Assembly: GCA_964016885.1 (NCBI GenBank)
Contig: OZ024742.1
Location: 161,882,001 to 161,946,000 of the forward strand
DNA from: Eledone cirrhosa
Taxonomy: Eukaryota
DNA: 64,000 nucleotides
Direction of reading: 5' to 3'
This document shows positions 42,757 through 59,214 of this stretch, piece after piece (the first letter of the stretch is position 1; each line of letters begins with the position of its first letter). A program made the position numbers and the translations under genes. The notes below the pieces were generated by a model that was not told where the DNA came from, made no database searches, and was given only the letters and a program-made list of their open reading frames with translations.

Positions 42757-44077
42757 GTATATATATGTATATATATGTATATATATATATATGTATATAT
42801 GTATATATATATATATATGTATATACATGTAAAGTTATATTTAAAATTGTTGGGTTACAACTAGTAAATATTTATAATTGATATAAAAGCACTCGACAAA
42901 TATTTGGAGTATATTTACAATATTAAATAAATGGAAAACTATATTTATAAAACCATATTTATTTCATTATATATATTTCGGGGATATCATATTAACAATA
43001 TGCTATGCCTTCATCAGACAAAATACAATATAAACAGTTTTATAGATAAATATATTTGACATACCGTAATAAACATCAACTTCATTTGAAGAGGTTTACG
43101 CTAGCAGTGAAAATACAGAGAGAAAGAAAGAGAGAAAGAAAAGAGAGAAAAAAAAGAAAGAAAGACAAGACGAAGAAAAGGAAGAAAAAGAAGAAAAAGA
43201 AAAAGAAGAAATGCATGGGACAAAATAGAGAGATGGAAAAATAGATAAAGCGAAGAGCTTCATGTAAAGAGACAGAAAGAGATATCTATATATATATAGA
43301 GAGAGGAAATAGAGATAGATACATATATATATAGAGAAAATTAGGTAGTGGGAGGTCATTTTGAGTAAGTGTATCAATGATACATTTATTTATTTATTTA
43401 TTTATTTATATATTTATTTAGCTCAAGTATTAATGTAAGGGAGATATATAGAGAGATATAGAGAGATATATAGAGAGAAAAAAAAATTTAAAAATAGCCA
43501 GACATATTCGAGGCGTAGAAAACCCCATGTTTTAATGTATTAGTATTTATAAAACTTACACTATATTGTAAATATCAGTATTCCTGAATGAAACAAGTAT
43601 TCACAATGTGTGAAAATTCATTATCTTATGTTTAGTTTTAAAAAATTCATATGTTTATGTGACAGCTACAAACATCAATGTGAATCCAACTGATTCACTC
43701 CGCAAACTCTAAATTACCGGAAAACATTCTCAATGTGGTATAAAAATTTGAGCGTATTATTATTCTTGCGATTACTCTACAAGATTATCTATCAAGCAGA
43801 AATAGAGAGCAGATTTCAATATACTAATCGAAAATATATATTATATTATAAACAAAGATAACAATAATAATAATAATAAGTAAAAATATACAAAAAATAT
43901 AGAATAGAAAACTAAAAAAATATTACGAAAGAATATTACATAATAAAAATATTGCATATTAAAAATACTACGTATTAAAAAATATTACGTATTAAAAATT
44001 TACATATAAAAATATTAAAAATAATTAAAAAATAAAATAAAAAATAAAAATATTATAGAATACTACAATACTAAAAG

Positions 44078-44338
44078 AATAAAAATAAAAATAAAAATAA
44101 AAATAAAAATAAAAATAAAAATAAAAATAAAAATAAAAATAAAAATAAAAATAAAAATAAAAATAAAAATAAAAATAAAAATAAAAATAAAAATAAAAAT
44201 AAAAATAAAAATAAAAATAAAAATAAAAATAAAAATAAAAATAAAAATAAAAATAAAAATAAAAATAAAAATAAAAATAAAAATAAAAATAAAAATAAAA
44301 ATAAAAATAAAAATAAAAATAAAAATAAAAATAAAAAT
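44078..44338 (+). repeat. (AAAAAT)n array in the PLE D 3' UTR
   Basis: Direct reading. Confidence 0.95.
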
Positions 44339-46961
44339 GAAAATAAAAAATAAACCACAAAGAACAACCCTTCAAAGTTAATTGACAATATATTGCCAAG
44401 TTCATTACAAGACAAAGCCAAAAATTATCTATCAAATCACATCTAGCAAAGAATATCGCAAAAAGATTATGATGTCCAATAATGTCTACATATGTTCCTA
44501 TATTTAATATAGAAGTTTATCTAGTGTAAGGTTAATTCAAAAAAATTTGGAGCATCGGCTTTTAGGGTAGCTTAATTTTTCATGAGGAATGTTTAGATAA
44601 AAATAAAAATAAATAAAATAAAATAAACAATAAAAAGAGTAAAAAGAGGGAATCAAGGATTTAGGAATCAAAAGATTTATCGGCTAGTTCTCATATAAAT
44701 ATAAATCAAACTAAATATACTACATTTTAAATTTAAATTTATATTTAAACGTTGAGTTTAATCTATGTTTGCAACAACTGAATAAATTTGTCCGTAGGTT
44801 AAGGGAATTTTTAGATTTTAGTATAAAGAATATCTCCTCTGCGCAGAGGTCACATGTCTCAGAGGATGAATTAAAAGGAATCCCTCTTGAGACTATATTC
44901 CAAGCCCGTCGAATATCTAACGTTATCTAGCTTAAGTTGCCAGAGTACCCCTGATAGTGCCGTTGAAGATTTTTTATTTGGATCTGTGAAAGAATTCTTG
45001 TGGTTATTATAGCGAAGTTTAATTCCGTCGATGTGGAACCGACGTAGTTAAAAGAATTAGAGTCAGTATTAACATTACAATTGTATACTATATTTTTAAC
45101 TAAGCAGTTGTTATTTAACGGACATTTAGATCTATCTCTACAGTTACATTTGTTAACTTGTATATTATTTATGCTATTATCAGTAGGTTTTAAGTTCCTA
45201 TTATTTATTCTATTAATATTTTGTGCTAAATTTTTGGTGGATGAGTAGGTTAATTTAATTGTATGCCTATTGAAGATTGAGTGATACCTATGTGTTCTAG
45301 GGAAGCGATTATCAAGAGCTTTGAAAAATAATTTAGCGATGTGGGTTTTAATGTTTAGTGAGAAAGGGGGGGGCAAACCAAATTATGTTCCTAGTTCTAT
45401 TTCTTTTTTGTCCTTTGGAATTATTGTAATGCTTTCTATTATAGTTGTTAATGTTGTTGCCGTAATTAAAAAAGTTGTTACTTTGTTTAGTTTGTCTATC
45501 ATTATCTATGTACACAATCTTATCAGCATACCCTGCCCTAGCTAGTGCATCATTATAGTATTGGGCCTTTTCGTCAAAAATCTTTCTATTCGACGAGATC
45601 CTAGAGATACGTTTTTGGACTGAGTTTACTATAGTGTTTTTGACAGATCTGGGGTGGTTAGAGTTAAAGTTGACATAGTTTAAGTTTTCATTCAACTTGT
45701 GAAAAGGATAGTGGAGACATGTGTTGAGATTTAATGTTATATCTAGGAAATTGACTATTCTATGGTTGTTCTCAATTTCTATTTTAAGGTTAAAGTAATT
45801 AAAAAATTTTGTAATTTGTTTACATTTTCTATTAGTTCAGGGTTATTATTATTAATAAGTAAAAGCATGTCATCCCTATATAAACCTCCGGTAGTACCAG
45901 GTATTTTCCTATGTAGCGAATTGATTAAAAATAAGCCCACAAGGTCAGTTACCTGAGCTGAGTCGGAAGATCCCATAGTTTATATGTAAATTTTTAATAC
46001 GTAATATTTTTTAATACGTAGTATTTTTAATATGCAATATTTTTATTATGTAATATTCTTTCGTAATATTTTTTTAGTTTTCTATTCTATATTTTTTGTA
46101 TATTTTTACTTATTATTATTATTATTGTTATCTTTGTTTATAATATAATATATATTTTCGATTAGTATATTGAAATCTGCTCTCTATTTCTGCTTGATAG
46201 ATAATCTTGTAGAGTAATCGCAAGAATAGTAATACGCTCAAATTTCTATACCACATTGAGAATGTTTTCCGGTAACTTAGAGTTTGCGGAGTGAATCAGT
46301 TGGATTCACATTGATGTTTGTAGCTGTCACATAAACATATGAATTTTTAAAACTAAACATAAGATAATGAATTTTCACACATTGTGAATACTTGTTTCAT
46401 TCAGGAATACTGATATTTACAATATAGTGTAAGTTTTATAAATACTAATACATTAAAACATGGGGTTTTCTACGCCTCGAATATGTCTGGCTATTTTTAA
46501 ATTTTTTTTCTCTCTATATATCTCTCTATATCTCTCTATATATCTCCCTTACATTAATACTTGAGCTAAATAAATATATAAATAAATAAATAAATAAATA
46601 AATGTATCATTGATACACTTACTCAAAATGACCTCCCACTACCTAATTTTCTATATATATATATGTATCTATCTCTATTTCCTCTCTCTATATATATATA
46701 GATATCTCTTTCTGTCTCTTTACATGAAGCTCTTCGCTTTATCTATTTTTCCATCTCTCTATTTTGTCCCATGCATTTCTTCTTTTTCTTTTTCTTCTTT
46801 TTCTTCCTTTTCTTCGTCTTGTCTTTCTTTCTTTTTTTTCTCTCTTTCCTTTCTCTCTTTCTTTCTCTCTGTATTTTCACTGCTAGCGTAAACCTCTTCA
46901 AATGAAGTTGATGTTTATTACGGTATGTCGAATATATTTATCTATAAAACTGTTTATATTG

Positions 46962-47027
46962 TATTTTGTCTGATGAAGGCATAGCATATTGTTAATATGA
47001 TATCCCCGAAATATATATAATGAAATA
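46962..47027 (+). ncRNA. Hammerhead ribozyme, family D (copy ~42960-43025 -)
   Basis: TATTTTGT-CTGATGA-stem II (CATATT/AATATG)-GAAA-TATATA-TA-ATGAAATA; 8-bp helix I with G-U pairs. Confidence 0.8.
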
Positions 47028-47069
47028 AATATGGTTTTATAAATATAGTTTTCCATTTATTTAATATTG

Positions 47070-47140
<71 letters not shown>

Positions 47141-47398
47141 GTATATATGTATATATATGTATATATGTATATATATGTATATATGTATATATATGTATAT
47201 ATGTATATATATGTATATATATATATATATGTATATATGTATATATATGTATATATGTATATATATGTATATATGTATATATATATATATGTATATATAT
47301 ATGTATATATTAAGATAAGCAGAACAAGTAAAATTCAATCAATTTTTCAAAATACATTAAAAAATATAATATAAATATTTACCTCTTCTAGTGGCCCT

Positions 47399-47429
47399 TA
47401 CTGATCAGTTTCGCTTTGTAAAACCTCAT
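47399..47429 (-). ncRNA. 5'-truncated hammerhead of a further family (fragment ~47311-47429)
   Basis: Minus strand ATGA-GGTTT-TAC-AAAGC-GAAA-CTGATCAG-TA; CTG lost at the microsatellite junction. Confidence 0.55.
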
Positions 47430-47430
47430 G

Positions 47431-47495
<65 letters not shown>

Positions 47496-47630
47496 GTATA
47501 TATATGTATATATGTATGTATATATATATATATGTATATATGTATGTATATATATATATGTATATATATATATGTATGTATATATATATATATGTGTATA
47601 TATATATATATGTATATATATGTATATATG

Positions 47631-47677
<47 letters not shown>

Positions 47678-47724
47678 GTGTATATATATATATGTGTATA
47701 TATATATATATATGTATATATATG

Positions 47725-47756
<32 letters not shown>

Positions 47757-48001
47757 AATATATATGTATATATATATATGTGTATATATATATATATATA
47801 TGTGTATATATATATATGTATATATATGTATATATATATATATGTGTGTATATATATATATGTATATATATATATGTATATATATATTTTACATAGATCT
47901 ATAGGATATCCATACCAACACTAACATATATATCCTAGAAACGATCGTAAAATGATGAATTTTTTCATATAAGGAACTGTTTCTTTGTATATATGTATAT
48001 A

Positions 48002-48082
<81 letters not shown>

Positions 48083-48522
48083 GCTGGAGTCAGGGTTCCA
48101 GAACAGGAGAGCGGATATGATTTCATTGCTGGCATGGTGACAGTGGCCAGCAAATTGAGCTTTCCAGGATTTTAGAAGGGTAGAGGCTCGAGGGAGTTTG
48201 CCATAGATTTTAGACAAGGTGGGATGTCTGACTAGGAGTAGGAAGCTGTCATTCCCTGACGTTATCTCTAGGGATACGGGAATCAGTAGACAGGACCTGG
48301 GGGCAGCGATGGGGGACAGGGAATTCTGGGGCATGAGGGTGAGATCCATCATCTCGTCAGTAGTCGACGAATGATGATGATGATATATATGCAAAAGTTC
48401 TATTTAAATTGTTGGTATACAACAGGCAAATATTTTTATAACTGATATAAAGCACACGACAACTATTTGGAGTAAATATACGATATTAACAAATGGAAAC
48501 TATGTATATTTATATATATATG

Positions 48523-48603
<81 letters not shown>

Positions 48604-49090
48604 GTATATATATATTTTACATAGATCTATAGGATATCCATACCAACACTAACATATATATCCTAGAAACGATCGTAAAATGATGAAATTTTTAATATAA
48701 GGAACTGTTTCTTTGTTTATTCATTATTTTTATTAATTTATGTATATATATATACATATATGTATATATATATATATGTATATATATATGTATATATGTA
48801 TATATGTATATATATATATATGTATATATGTATATATATGTATATATATATATGTATATGTATATATATGTGTATATATATATGTATATATATATATGTA
48901 TATATATATATGTATATATATATGTATATATATATGTATATATATATATGTATATATATATATATGTATATATATATGTATATATATATGTATATATATG
49001 TATATATATATATATGTATATATATATGTGTAGATATATATGTATATATATATATGTATATATATATATGTATATATATATATGTATATA

Positions 49091-49123
<33 letters not shown>

Positions 49124-50370
49124 ATATGTATTTATATGTATATGTATATATATGTATATGTATATACCCATCGCACAGCAAACAAAACACTATACACACA
49201 CGCAAACGCATGCGCAAAGAAGACAAAATAAAATAAACAAACAAGCAAATAAATAAATAAATATATAGACAGACTGAATAAAAATGGCGTAGACATACAA
49301 TACAACAGGAGGAAAAGATAGCACCACTGACGATGTTGCAGATGTGCAACGAAAGATTTATGATAAACTATATATATGTGTTTGTGTCTATATTGTATCT
49401 GTATTATTTTTGACCGTCCGTCAGTCAATGGCAACATTGAGGACCGAGTAAGTTAGATTACCGATATAAAAGACAGAAGCGAGAAGCGAAAACCAAACAA
49501 ACAGTGAGTGTGTTCTGTTATTAATTCTGGCAATATTACACAAATATGACCCTCCCCAAGTATAACAATTTTTGTTTCGACACACGATTTCATATAAAAA
49601 ACCTCGCAAAACTATATATATATGTATATATATGTATATATATATGTATATATATATGTATATATATATATATATGTATATATATATGTACATATATATG
49701 TATACATATATATATATATATGTATATATATATGTATATATATATGTATATATATATGTATATATATGTATATATATATATGTATATATATATGTATATG
49801 TATATATATGTATATATATATGTATATGTATATATATATGTATATATATGTATATATATATGTATATATATATGTAAATATATATGCATATATATATGTA
49901 TATATATATATGTATATATATATATTAATGAAAAAGAACAAAGGAACTATTATGACATTATAACAAGTTTATTGCCGACAGCCGTTTTGACCGACCATAT
50001 GGTGGGACTTTTCAAGGCATATAACAGGTAATTGTAAGTTCATTATTTACATCAACGTTTCACTCAAGATTAGCAGTTTGAAATTGTGGTATACATCAGC
50101 AGCTCCGCTTGTATATTTGGGGTCTATATTCTAGGGGGCTCTTTTATATTAGTTGTCGGAGTTGTAAAAGGGAAGGGTTATGGGGAGTTAAGAGAATTTG
50201 AAAAGGGCCTAAGAGTCAGGGATTGAAGGTTAGAAATTAGATAATTTATAATTTACGCATTAAAAGTAAGAGACTTGAGATCTCGTAGAAGCACCTTAAA
50301 AAATCCCTCAATAAGTGCATAAAGCTTATAAGCCCCAATAAACCTAACAAACCAGAAGAGATTAAGAGAC

Positions 50371-50812
50371 TAAAAAAATAAAAAAATAAAAAAATAAAAA
50401 AATAAAAAAATAAAAAAATAAAAAAATAAAAAAATAAAAAAATAAAAAAATAAAAAAATAAAAAAATAAAAAAATAAAAAAATAAAAAAATAAAAAAATA
50501 AAAAAATAAAAAAATAAAAAAATAAAAAAATAAAAAAATAAAAAAAATAAAAAAATAAAAAAATAAAAAAATAAAAAAATAAAAAAATAAAAAAATAAAA
50601 AAATAAAAAAATAAAAAAATAAAAAAATAAAAAAATAAAAAAATAAAAAAATAAAAAAATAAAAAAATAAAAAAATAAAAAAATAAAAAAATAAAAAAAT
50701 AAAAAAATAAAAAAATAAAAAAATAAAAAAATAAAAAAATAAAAAAATAAAAAAATAAAAAAATAAAAAAATAAAAAAATAAAAAAATAAAAAAATAAAA
50801 AAATAAAAAAAT
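50371..50812 (+). repeat. (TAAAAAAA)n expansion, only a short A/T tract in the left arm
   Basis: Direct reading; counterpart ~31733-31763. Confidence 0.9.
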
Positions 50813-52319
50813 AAAGTTTCCTAAAAAAATATAAAGTTTCCTAAAAAATTCCTTCGAAAGAAAAAAAAATATTTTTCCGATAGAAAAAACCTTCGCCAGA
50901 GATCACGTTAAAAAATTTCAGAAAATTTACAAAGTTTTGATAATCCCTACTAAGTTGAAAGAAACTAATCAATTAAAGGTTAATTCAAAAAGTCTTCAAA
51001 AAATCCCTCAGAAAAGGCCCCTTTAATATTTTAATAAGAACCTCTTCCGAGAGACCCTTCGAAGGATTAAAATTTTAGAGAGCCTTTAAAGATATATATA
51101 AACGAATTGAGGAAAATTACAAATTAAAAGTTAAAAATTACGGGATTTGGGATATCCGAGGAATTTTCAAAGGGCTGCTTCAACAGATACAACTTAGGTA
51201 TAATAGATAAAGTAATTTAAGTAATTTAATTAGGGAGCAATTCAAAGAGCTTATCAAGTTGGGCAAGATTAAAGAAAATGATAAGTAAGAAAATGCATAA
51301 GCAAAAAGACAATAATTATAAAATGTATTTTTAAGAAGGTATAAGGTAGCTTCAGTAATCTAATAATGTACTATCAAAAAATTATTATAAAATTATTAAT
51401 ACAGGATTAACAAAGACATAATAATATATTCCTGCCTAATTAACAAACAATCAATAAACAATTAACAGTCAAGCACAATTAGCTCAGGGATATCCCGCGC
51501 TCGGATTCTTTACACACATACAGCAACACATAGGATTAACAAAGACATAATGGTATATTCCTGCCTAATTAACAAACAATCAATAGTCAAGAAAATGTAC
51601 TCAGGGATATCTCACGCACGGATACTTTACACACATACAGCAAGATGAACAATACAGGTGACCTTGTGGGTGCGATATCCATTGAGCGCATGTAGTCATC
51701 TGCATAGCTCCAGGCACAGTTGGTCTTGTTTAAAAGTTCAGAGTTCACGAATCAACTGGGATTCACTATCAGCTGTGTGGACTCCCTGGGAAATGTACCT
51801 GTGGATCAAATAGCTAGTGGTTGCTGGGTGTGGTCCGTTCGATCTTTTAGTTTCGGAGATTGCACGCGTTTGCGATAGATCAGCCTGCCGGTTCTAAATC
51901 CAAGGTCTCGCTGCATAGGATGTATTGGTTTACATGCTATATTGGTAAAAAAAAAACCAGTATGGATTTGACTGGGGTGGTATATTGCGTCTCTCGCTAA
52001 TATCTCCTCCTCTCACGAACTCCAAGCACACACGCGACTGGTCAATTACGAAGGGCTGTCCCCTCTTTGTTTGTTGTAGGGGTAGGTTCCAGCTTAGATG
52101 GTGTCGTGTTATCCATATTCCGTCAGCCATGCATATTCAAGACAGATCAGGGTATATATTTGCGGGTATGGTCCGGCGTCTACGCTATCCAAAGGGTCTC
52201 TCATATATATGTATATATATATGTATATATATGTATATATATCTGTATATATATATGTATATATATGTATATATATATGTATATATATATGTATATGTAT
52301 ATATATATGTATATATATG

Positions 52320-52408
<89 letters not shown>

Positions 52409-52412
52409 TTAT

Positions 52413-53001
52413 ATACTCTTTTACTCTTTTACCTGTTTCAGCCATCCGGCTGAGACCATGCTGGGGCACCGCCCTTGTTGCTACACATTTTATCTCCAGC
52501 CTGTATAGGTTGGCCACTGGTGTAAGAGGGAGTTTGTTGCTGCTGCCCTTACGTTTCCCTCGTGTCTTGCTGTGGGCTCATCCGGGATCTTGGATAATAA
52601 GTTGTCGAGATGTTTCTTGAAGACATCCACCTCCACGTCATGCAAGTCTCTCAGATCCCTCGGCAGCTTGTTGAAGAGTTGAGGGCCCTTGAATCCCAGG
52701 CTATTGCAATACCTGCTCCTTATTCTAGATGTGGAAGAAGGGACCTTTGGCACCACACAGTGACGTCCTATTCGACGGTTTGTCCAGCTCCCAATGCCAA
52801 AGTTTCGTTGCTAGTCCCTCCAGGATTTTCCACATGTAGATCACTGCGTATCTCTCCTGTCTTGGTTCCAAGGAGTAGAGGTTCAGTTCTTTTAGCCTCT
52901 CCCAGTAGCTTGTCTCCCTCATCTTGGCAATCCTCTTGGTGTAGCTTCGCTGGATTGCCTCAAGCTCCGTGGTTAGTTTAATACTATGGGCTGACCACAA
53001 T
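52413..53001 (-). mobile_element. LINE 3' fragment (mirror of 29666-30252)
   Basis: About 2 substitutions seen versus the left copy. Confidence 0.9.
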
Positions 53002-53075
53002 GTATATATATATATATACATACATATATATACACATACACACATACATACATATATATATATATACATATATAC

Positions 53076-53124
<49 letters not shown>

Positions 53125-53193
53125 TACATATATACATATATGTATATATATATATATATATACAAATACATATATATACATATATACACATAC

Positions 53194-53224
<31 letters not shown>

Positions 53225-53397
53225 CATACATACACATATATACATATGTATACATATATACATATATATACATATATACATACATATACATACATACATA
53301 TATATATATATACATACATACATATATATATATATACATATATATATACATACATATATATATACATATATATATATACATATATATATATACATAT

Positions 53398-55004
53398 TAG
53401 TTTTGCGAGGTTTTTTATATGAAATCGTGTGTCGAAACAAATATTGTTATACTTGGGGAGGGTCATATTTGTGAATATTGCCAGAATTAATAACAGAACA
53501 CACTCACTGTTTGGTTGGTTTTCGCTTCTCGCTTCTGTCTTTTATATCGGTAATCTAACTTACTCGGTCCTCAATGTTGCCATTGACTGACCGACGTTCA
53601 AAAATAATACAGATACAATATAGACACAAACATATATATATAGTTTATCATAAATCTTTCGTTGCACATCTGCAACATCATCAGTGGTGCTATATTTTCC
53701 TCCTGTTGTATTGTATGTCTACGCCATTTTTATTCAGTCTGTATATATATTTATTTATTTATTTGCTTGTTTGTTTATTTTATTTTGTCTTCTTTGCGCA
53801 TGCGTTTGCGTGTGTGTATAGTGTTTTGTTTGCTGTGTGATGGGTGACTAGTGTGTGTATATGTGCTTGTGTATTTATTTATTTATTTATTTATTTATTT
53901 TATTTTATTTACTTATTTATACTTCTCTTAGGTCAGTGGTGTTTGTTTGGGTGTTGTTGTTATTCCATTCATTCTTTCTGTTTAGCCTTGGTCTTCTAAT
54001 TTCTATTTCACTGGCCTCTCTGATTTGCCTATCTGCTGGGTCATTTCTATGTTTAGATATTATTCTAATTTCTATGTTGTCTATGTTACCGTCATGTTGT
54101 TGTCTAGCATGTTCGTATAGTACTGACCCGTTTTTTCGTCCTTTTTTTTGTCCTTTTAGTTCCCCCTAGTGTTGGTCTATCCTTTCACCTATGCTACGAG
54201 CTGCCTCACCTATGTATGTTGTTGTCATGTTTCTGCAAGTACCCTCTGTACATCTTATGCTATAGACTACGTTTCTAGTTTTACAGTTTATAAGAGGGTT
54301 CACCTTACATATGATACATTTCCTATTGGTACAGTGGGTTTTCTTAAAAGGGTAGGTTTTGCTGATCAGGGATTTTAATAGAAATTAGAATAATATCTAA
54401 ACATAGAAATGACCCAGCAGATAGGCAAATCAGAGAGGCCAGTGAAATAGAAATTAGAAGACCAAGGCTAAACAGAAAGAATGAATGGAATAACATCAAC
54501 ACCCAAACAAACAACACTGACATAAGAGAAGTATAAATAAGTAAATAAAATAAAATAAATAAATAAATAAATAAATACACAAGCACATAAACACACACTA
54601 GTCACCCATCACACAGCAAACAAAACACTATACACACACGCAAACGCATGCGCAAAGAAAACAAAATAAAACGAAATAAACAAACAAGCAAATAAATAAA
54701 TAAATATATAGACAGACTGAATAAAAATGGCGTAGACATACAATACAACAGGAGAAAATATAACACCACTGACGATGTTGCAGATGTGCAACGAAAGATT
54801 TATAATAAACTATATATATGTGTTTGTATCTATATTGTATCTGTATTATTTTTTACCGTCGGTCAGTCAATGGCAACATTGAGGACCGAGTAAGTTAGAT
54901 TACCGATATAAAAGACACAGAAGCGAGAAGCGAAAATCAAACAAACAGTGAGTGTGTTCTGTTATTAACTCTGGCAATATTACACAAATATGACCCTCCT
55001 CAAG

Positions 55005-55005
<1 letters not shown>
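53398..55005. mobile_element. PLE family B fold-back: GIY-YIG and pLTR (-) 53398-54377, inverted copy (+) 54378-55005
   Basis: Minus strand NCKTRNVVYSIRC..YIGE; strand switch at ~54378. Confidence 0.88.
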
Positions 55006-55038
<33 letters not shown>

Positions 55039-55077
55039 TATACATATATATATACATATATATATACATATATATAT

Positions 55078-55118
<41 letters not shown>

Positions 55119-55125
55119 TATATAA

Positions 55126-55237
55126 GTTGAAAAAAATGAAAACGAAATTTCATTTCTCACTCTTAGTATGGCACTTACTTAAATGTAAGTATGTATGTAT
55201 ACGTACATACATATATGTATACAGACGTACAGTAGCA

Positions 55238-55302
<65 letters not shown>

Positions 55303-55713
55303 GCATACAGGTACACATACATATATGCACGCATCAGTTTAGCCGACGTTTATTATAACGCCTGCCTTGTTCGTTTGTTTGTCAACAAATCGAACAGCCT
55401 GAATTTATGCCATACGGTGTTAAGGCAACCACGTCACCTTTTTGTTCAACACTGACACAGGAACGATGTACTAGTTTTAAGCTTGTTAGCTATCATCAGC
55501 ACCGTTTACCCATCTGCCAGATAGTTGAACGTTCGAAAGTATATACTTTCCTTATGAAAATTAACGGCTGAGCAGCCTAATTTGCATATTGAGTGAGTTA
55601 AATCGGTCAGGTATACCGAAAACGTTCGAAAGTATATACTTTCCTTATGAAAATTAACGGCTGAGCAGATGCGTGCATATATGTATGTGTACTTGTATGC
55701 ATATGTGTATATG

Positions 55714-55761
<48 letters not shown>

Positions 55762-55815
55762 TGCTACTGTACGTCTGTATACATATATGTATGTACGTAT
55801 ACATACATACTTACA
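55126..55815. mobile_element. Family H unit with internal duplication and inverted partial copy
   Basis: Homologous to 13714-14155; HHR 55464-55504; inversion at ~55669. Confidence 0.8.
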
Positions 55816-55817
55816 TA

Positions 55818-55849
<32 letters not shown>

Positions 55850-55850
55850 C

Positions 55851-55883
<33 letters not shown>

Positions 55884-55916
55884 CATATATATATACATAC
55901 ATATATATATACATAC

Positions 55917-55971
<55 letters not shown>

Positions 55972-55972
55972 C

Positions 55973-56021
<49 letters not shown>

Positions 56022-56022
56022 C

Positions 56023-56085
<63 letters not shown>

Positions 56086-56148
56086 CATATATATATATAT
56101 ATGTATATATATATATGTATATATATATATGTATATATATATATACAT

Positions 56149-56556
56149 ATGGTGGCTGCCAACTCGTCTTCGAGTACGGCCACTACTTTATATCCATGTA
56201 GGAGAACCCCTACTGATGCGCTAAACGAGTGTGACTTTTTAGTCCAGCCAGCGACTTGAAAACTCTGGTACAAACAGTACACCTGTGACAATTATTGACA
56301 CATAGTGCTAGGCCCATGGTACCATGTGACGACAAGTGCAGAGAGATCTCCAGATATAAAGCAATGCCTGTGCCGTGAAGCTTTTATAGTGAGCAAAGGC
56401 ACTGCACAAAGCTAGTCCCACTCTCTTAACCAAGATGATATTTACCAAATAGAAGAACAAGTCAACATCATTGGATACCATCAGTTTTGTAGGTGTTATA
56501 TCAGAGTTTTCCTTCTCCTAGAATTCTGCCTTGACAAAGGCTAAGGGGTCATCTCT
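56149..56556 (-). repeat. Family F repeat, inverted copy
   Basis: Reverse complement homologue of 20528-20935. Confidence 0.75.
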
Positions 56557-56559
56557 CCC

Positions 56560-56615
56560 GTATATATAAGTATATATATATGTATATATATACATATATA
56601 TACATATATATATAC

Positions 56616-56660
<45 letters not shown>

Positions 56661-56677
56661 AATAAATATATATATAT

Positions 56678-56726
<49 letters not shown>

Positions 56727-57036
56727 CATATACATATAAACATATATACATATGTACATATATATACATATACATATATATATATATACATATATACATA
56801 TATACATATATATACATATTTATATACATATATACATATATACATATATATACATATATATATATATATATACATATATATAAATATATATATACATATA
56901 TACATATATACATATATATACATATATACATATATATATACATATATATACATATACATATATATATATACATATATACATATATATCTATACATATACA
57001 TATATATATATACATATATATATATATACATATACA

Positions 57037-57078
<42 letters not shown>

Positions 57079-57107
57079 AATATATACATATATATGTATA
57101 TATATAC

Positions 57108-57138
<31 letters not shown>

Positions 57139-57173
57139 CATATATATATATACATATACATATATACATATTC

Positions 57174-57212
<39 letters not shown>

Positions 57213-57341
57213 TACATATATATATATATACATATACATATATATACATATATACATATACATATATATACATATATATAGATATACATATATATACATA
57301 TATACATATATATATATACATATATATACATATATATATAT

Positions 57342-57392
<51 letters not shown>

Positions 57393-57477
57393 CATATATA
57401 TATATACATATATACATATTTATATATACATATATATATAGATATATATATATATACATATATATATACATATATAT

Positions 57478-57515
<38 letters not shown>

Positions 57516-57533
57516 AAATGTATATATATATAT

Positions 57534-57564
<31 letters not shown>

Positions 57565-57823
57565 TACATATATACATATATATATATACATATACATATA
57601 AACATATATACATATATACATATATATACATATACATATATATATATATACATATATACATATATACATATATATACATATATACATATATACATATATA
57701 TACATATATATATATATACATATATATAAATATATATATACATATATACATATAGACATATATATACATATATACATATATATATATACATATATATACA
57801 TATACATATATATAGATATATAC

Positions 57824-57856
<33 letters not shown>

Positions 57857-57883
57857 CATATATACATATTTATATATATACAC

Positions 57884-57918
<35 letters not shown>

Positions 57919-57959
57919 CATATATATATACATATATATATATATACATATATATATAC

Positions 57960-58006
<47 letters not shown>

Positions 58007-58195
58007 CACATATATATATATATATATACATACATATATACATATATATATACATATATACATATATATACATATATATACATATATATACATATATATA
58101 CATATATATACATATATATACATATATACATATATATATATACATATATACATATATATATACATATACATACATATATACATATATATATATAC

Positions 58196-58226
<31 letters not shown>

Positions 58227-58265
58227 CATATACATATATATACATATATATATATATATACATAC

Positions 58266-58300
<35 letters not shown>

Positions 58301-58395
58301 CATATATACATATATACATATATATATATATACATATATACATATATATATATATACATATATACATATATATATATACATATATACATATATAC

Positions 58396-58426
<31 letters not shown>

Positions 58427-58439
58427 CATATATATATAC

Positions 58440-58474
<35 letters not shown>

Positions 58475-58503
58475 CATATATACATATATACATATATATA
58501 TAC

Positions 58504-58536
<33 letters not shown>

Positions 58537-58905
58537 CATATATATATACATATATATATACATATATATATATATACATATATATACATATATATATATA
58601 CATATATATAAATATATATATATATACACACATATATATATATACATATATACACATATATATACATATATATATATATATATACATATATATAAACATA
58701 TATACATATATACATATATATACATGTACATATATATATATATATACATATATACATATATACATATATATATATACATATATATATACATATATATATA
58801 CATATATACATATATATATATAGATATATATTTATATATATATATATATACATATATATAAATATATATATACATATATACATATATATATACATATATA
58901 CATAG

Positions 58906-58960
<55 letters not shown>

Positions 58961-59091
58961 TAGATATATATATATATATACATATATTTATATATACATA
59001 TATATATATATATAGACATATACATATATATATATATACATATATATATATACATATATATAAGTATATATATATATATATACATACATAC

Positions 59092-59122
<31 letters not shown>

Positions 59123-59214
59123 CATATACATATATCCATATATATCCATATATATATATAATACATATCCATATATACATATATATATATATACATATAT
59201 ACATATATATATAT
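56560..59214. repeat. ~2.6-kb (TA)n/(CATA) microsatellite, the longest of many in the window
   Basis: Direct reading. Confidence 0.97.

Larger units (their letters stand above)
42830..47070 (-). mobile_element. PLE family D (Naiad-like), 5'-truncated, with ~1.1-kb inverted pLTR; present only in the right palindrome arm
   Basis: Arms 42916-44008 and 45979-47070; frameshifted ORF ~44725-45976 (-) with MGSSDSAQVTDLVG, GGLYRDD, CNC..CPL, YVGST, CDLC, CKHR. Confidence 0.9.

Noticed and set aside
44025-44435. FY/FL-repeat ORFs
   Set aside because: Translation of the (AAAAAT)n array.
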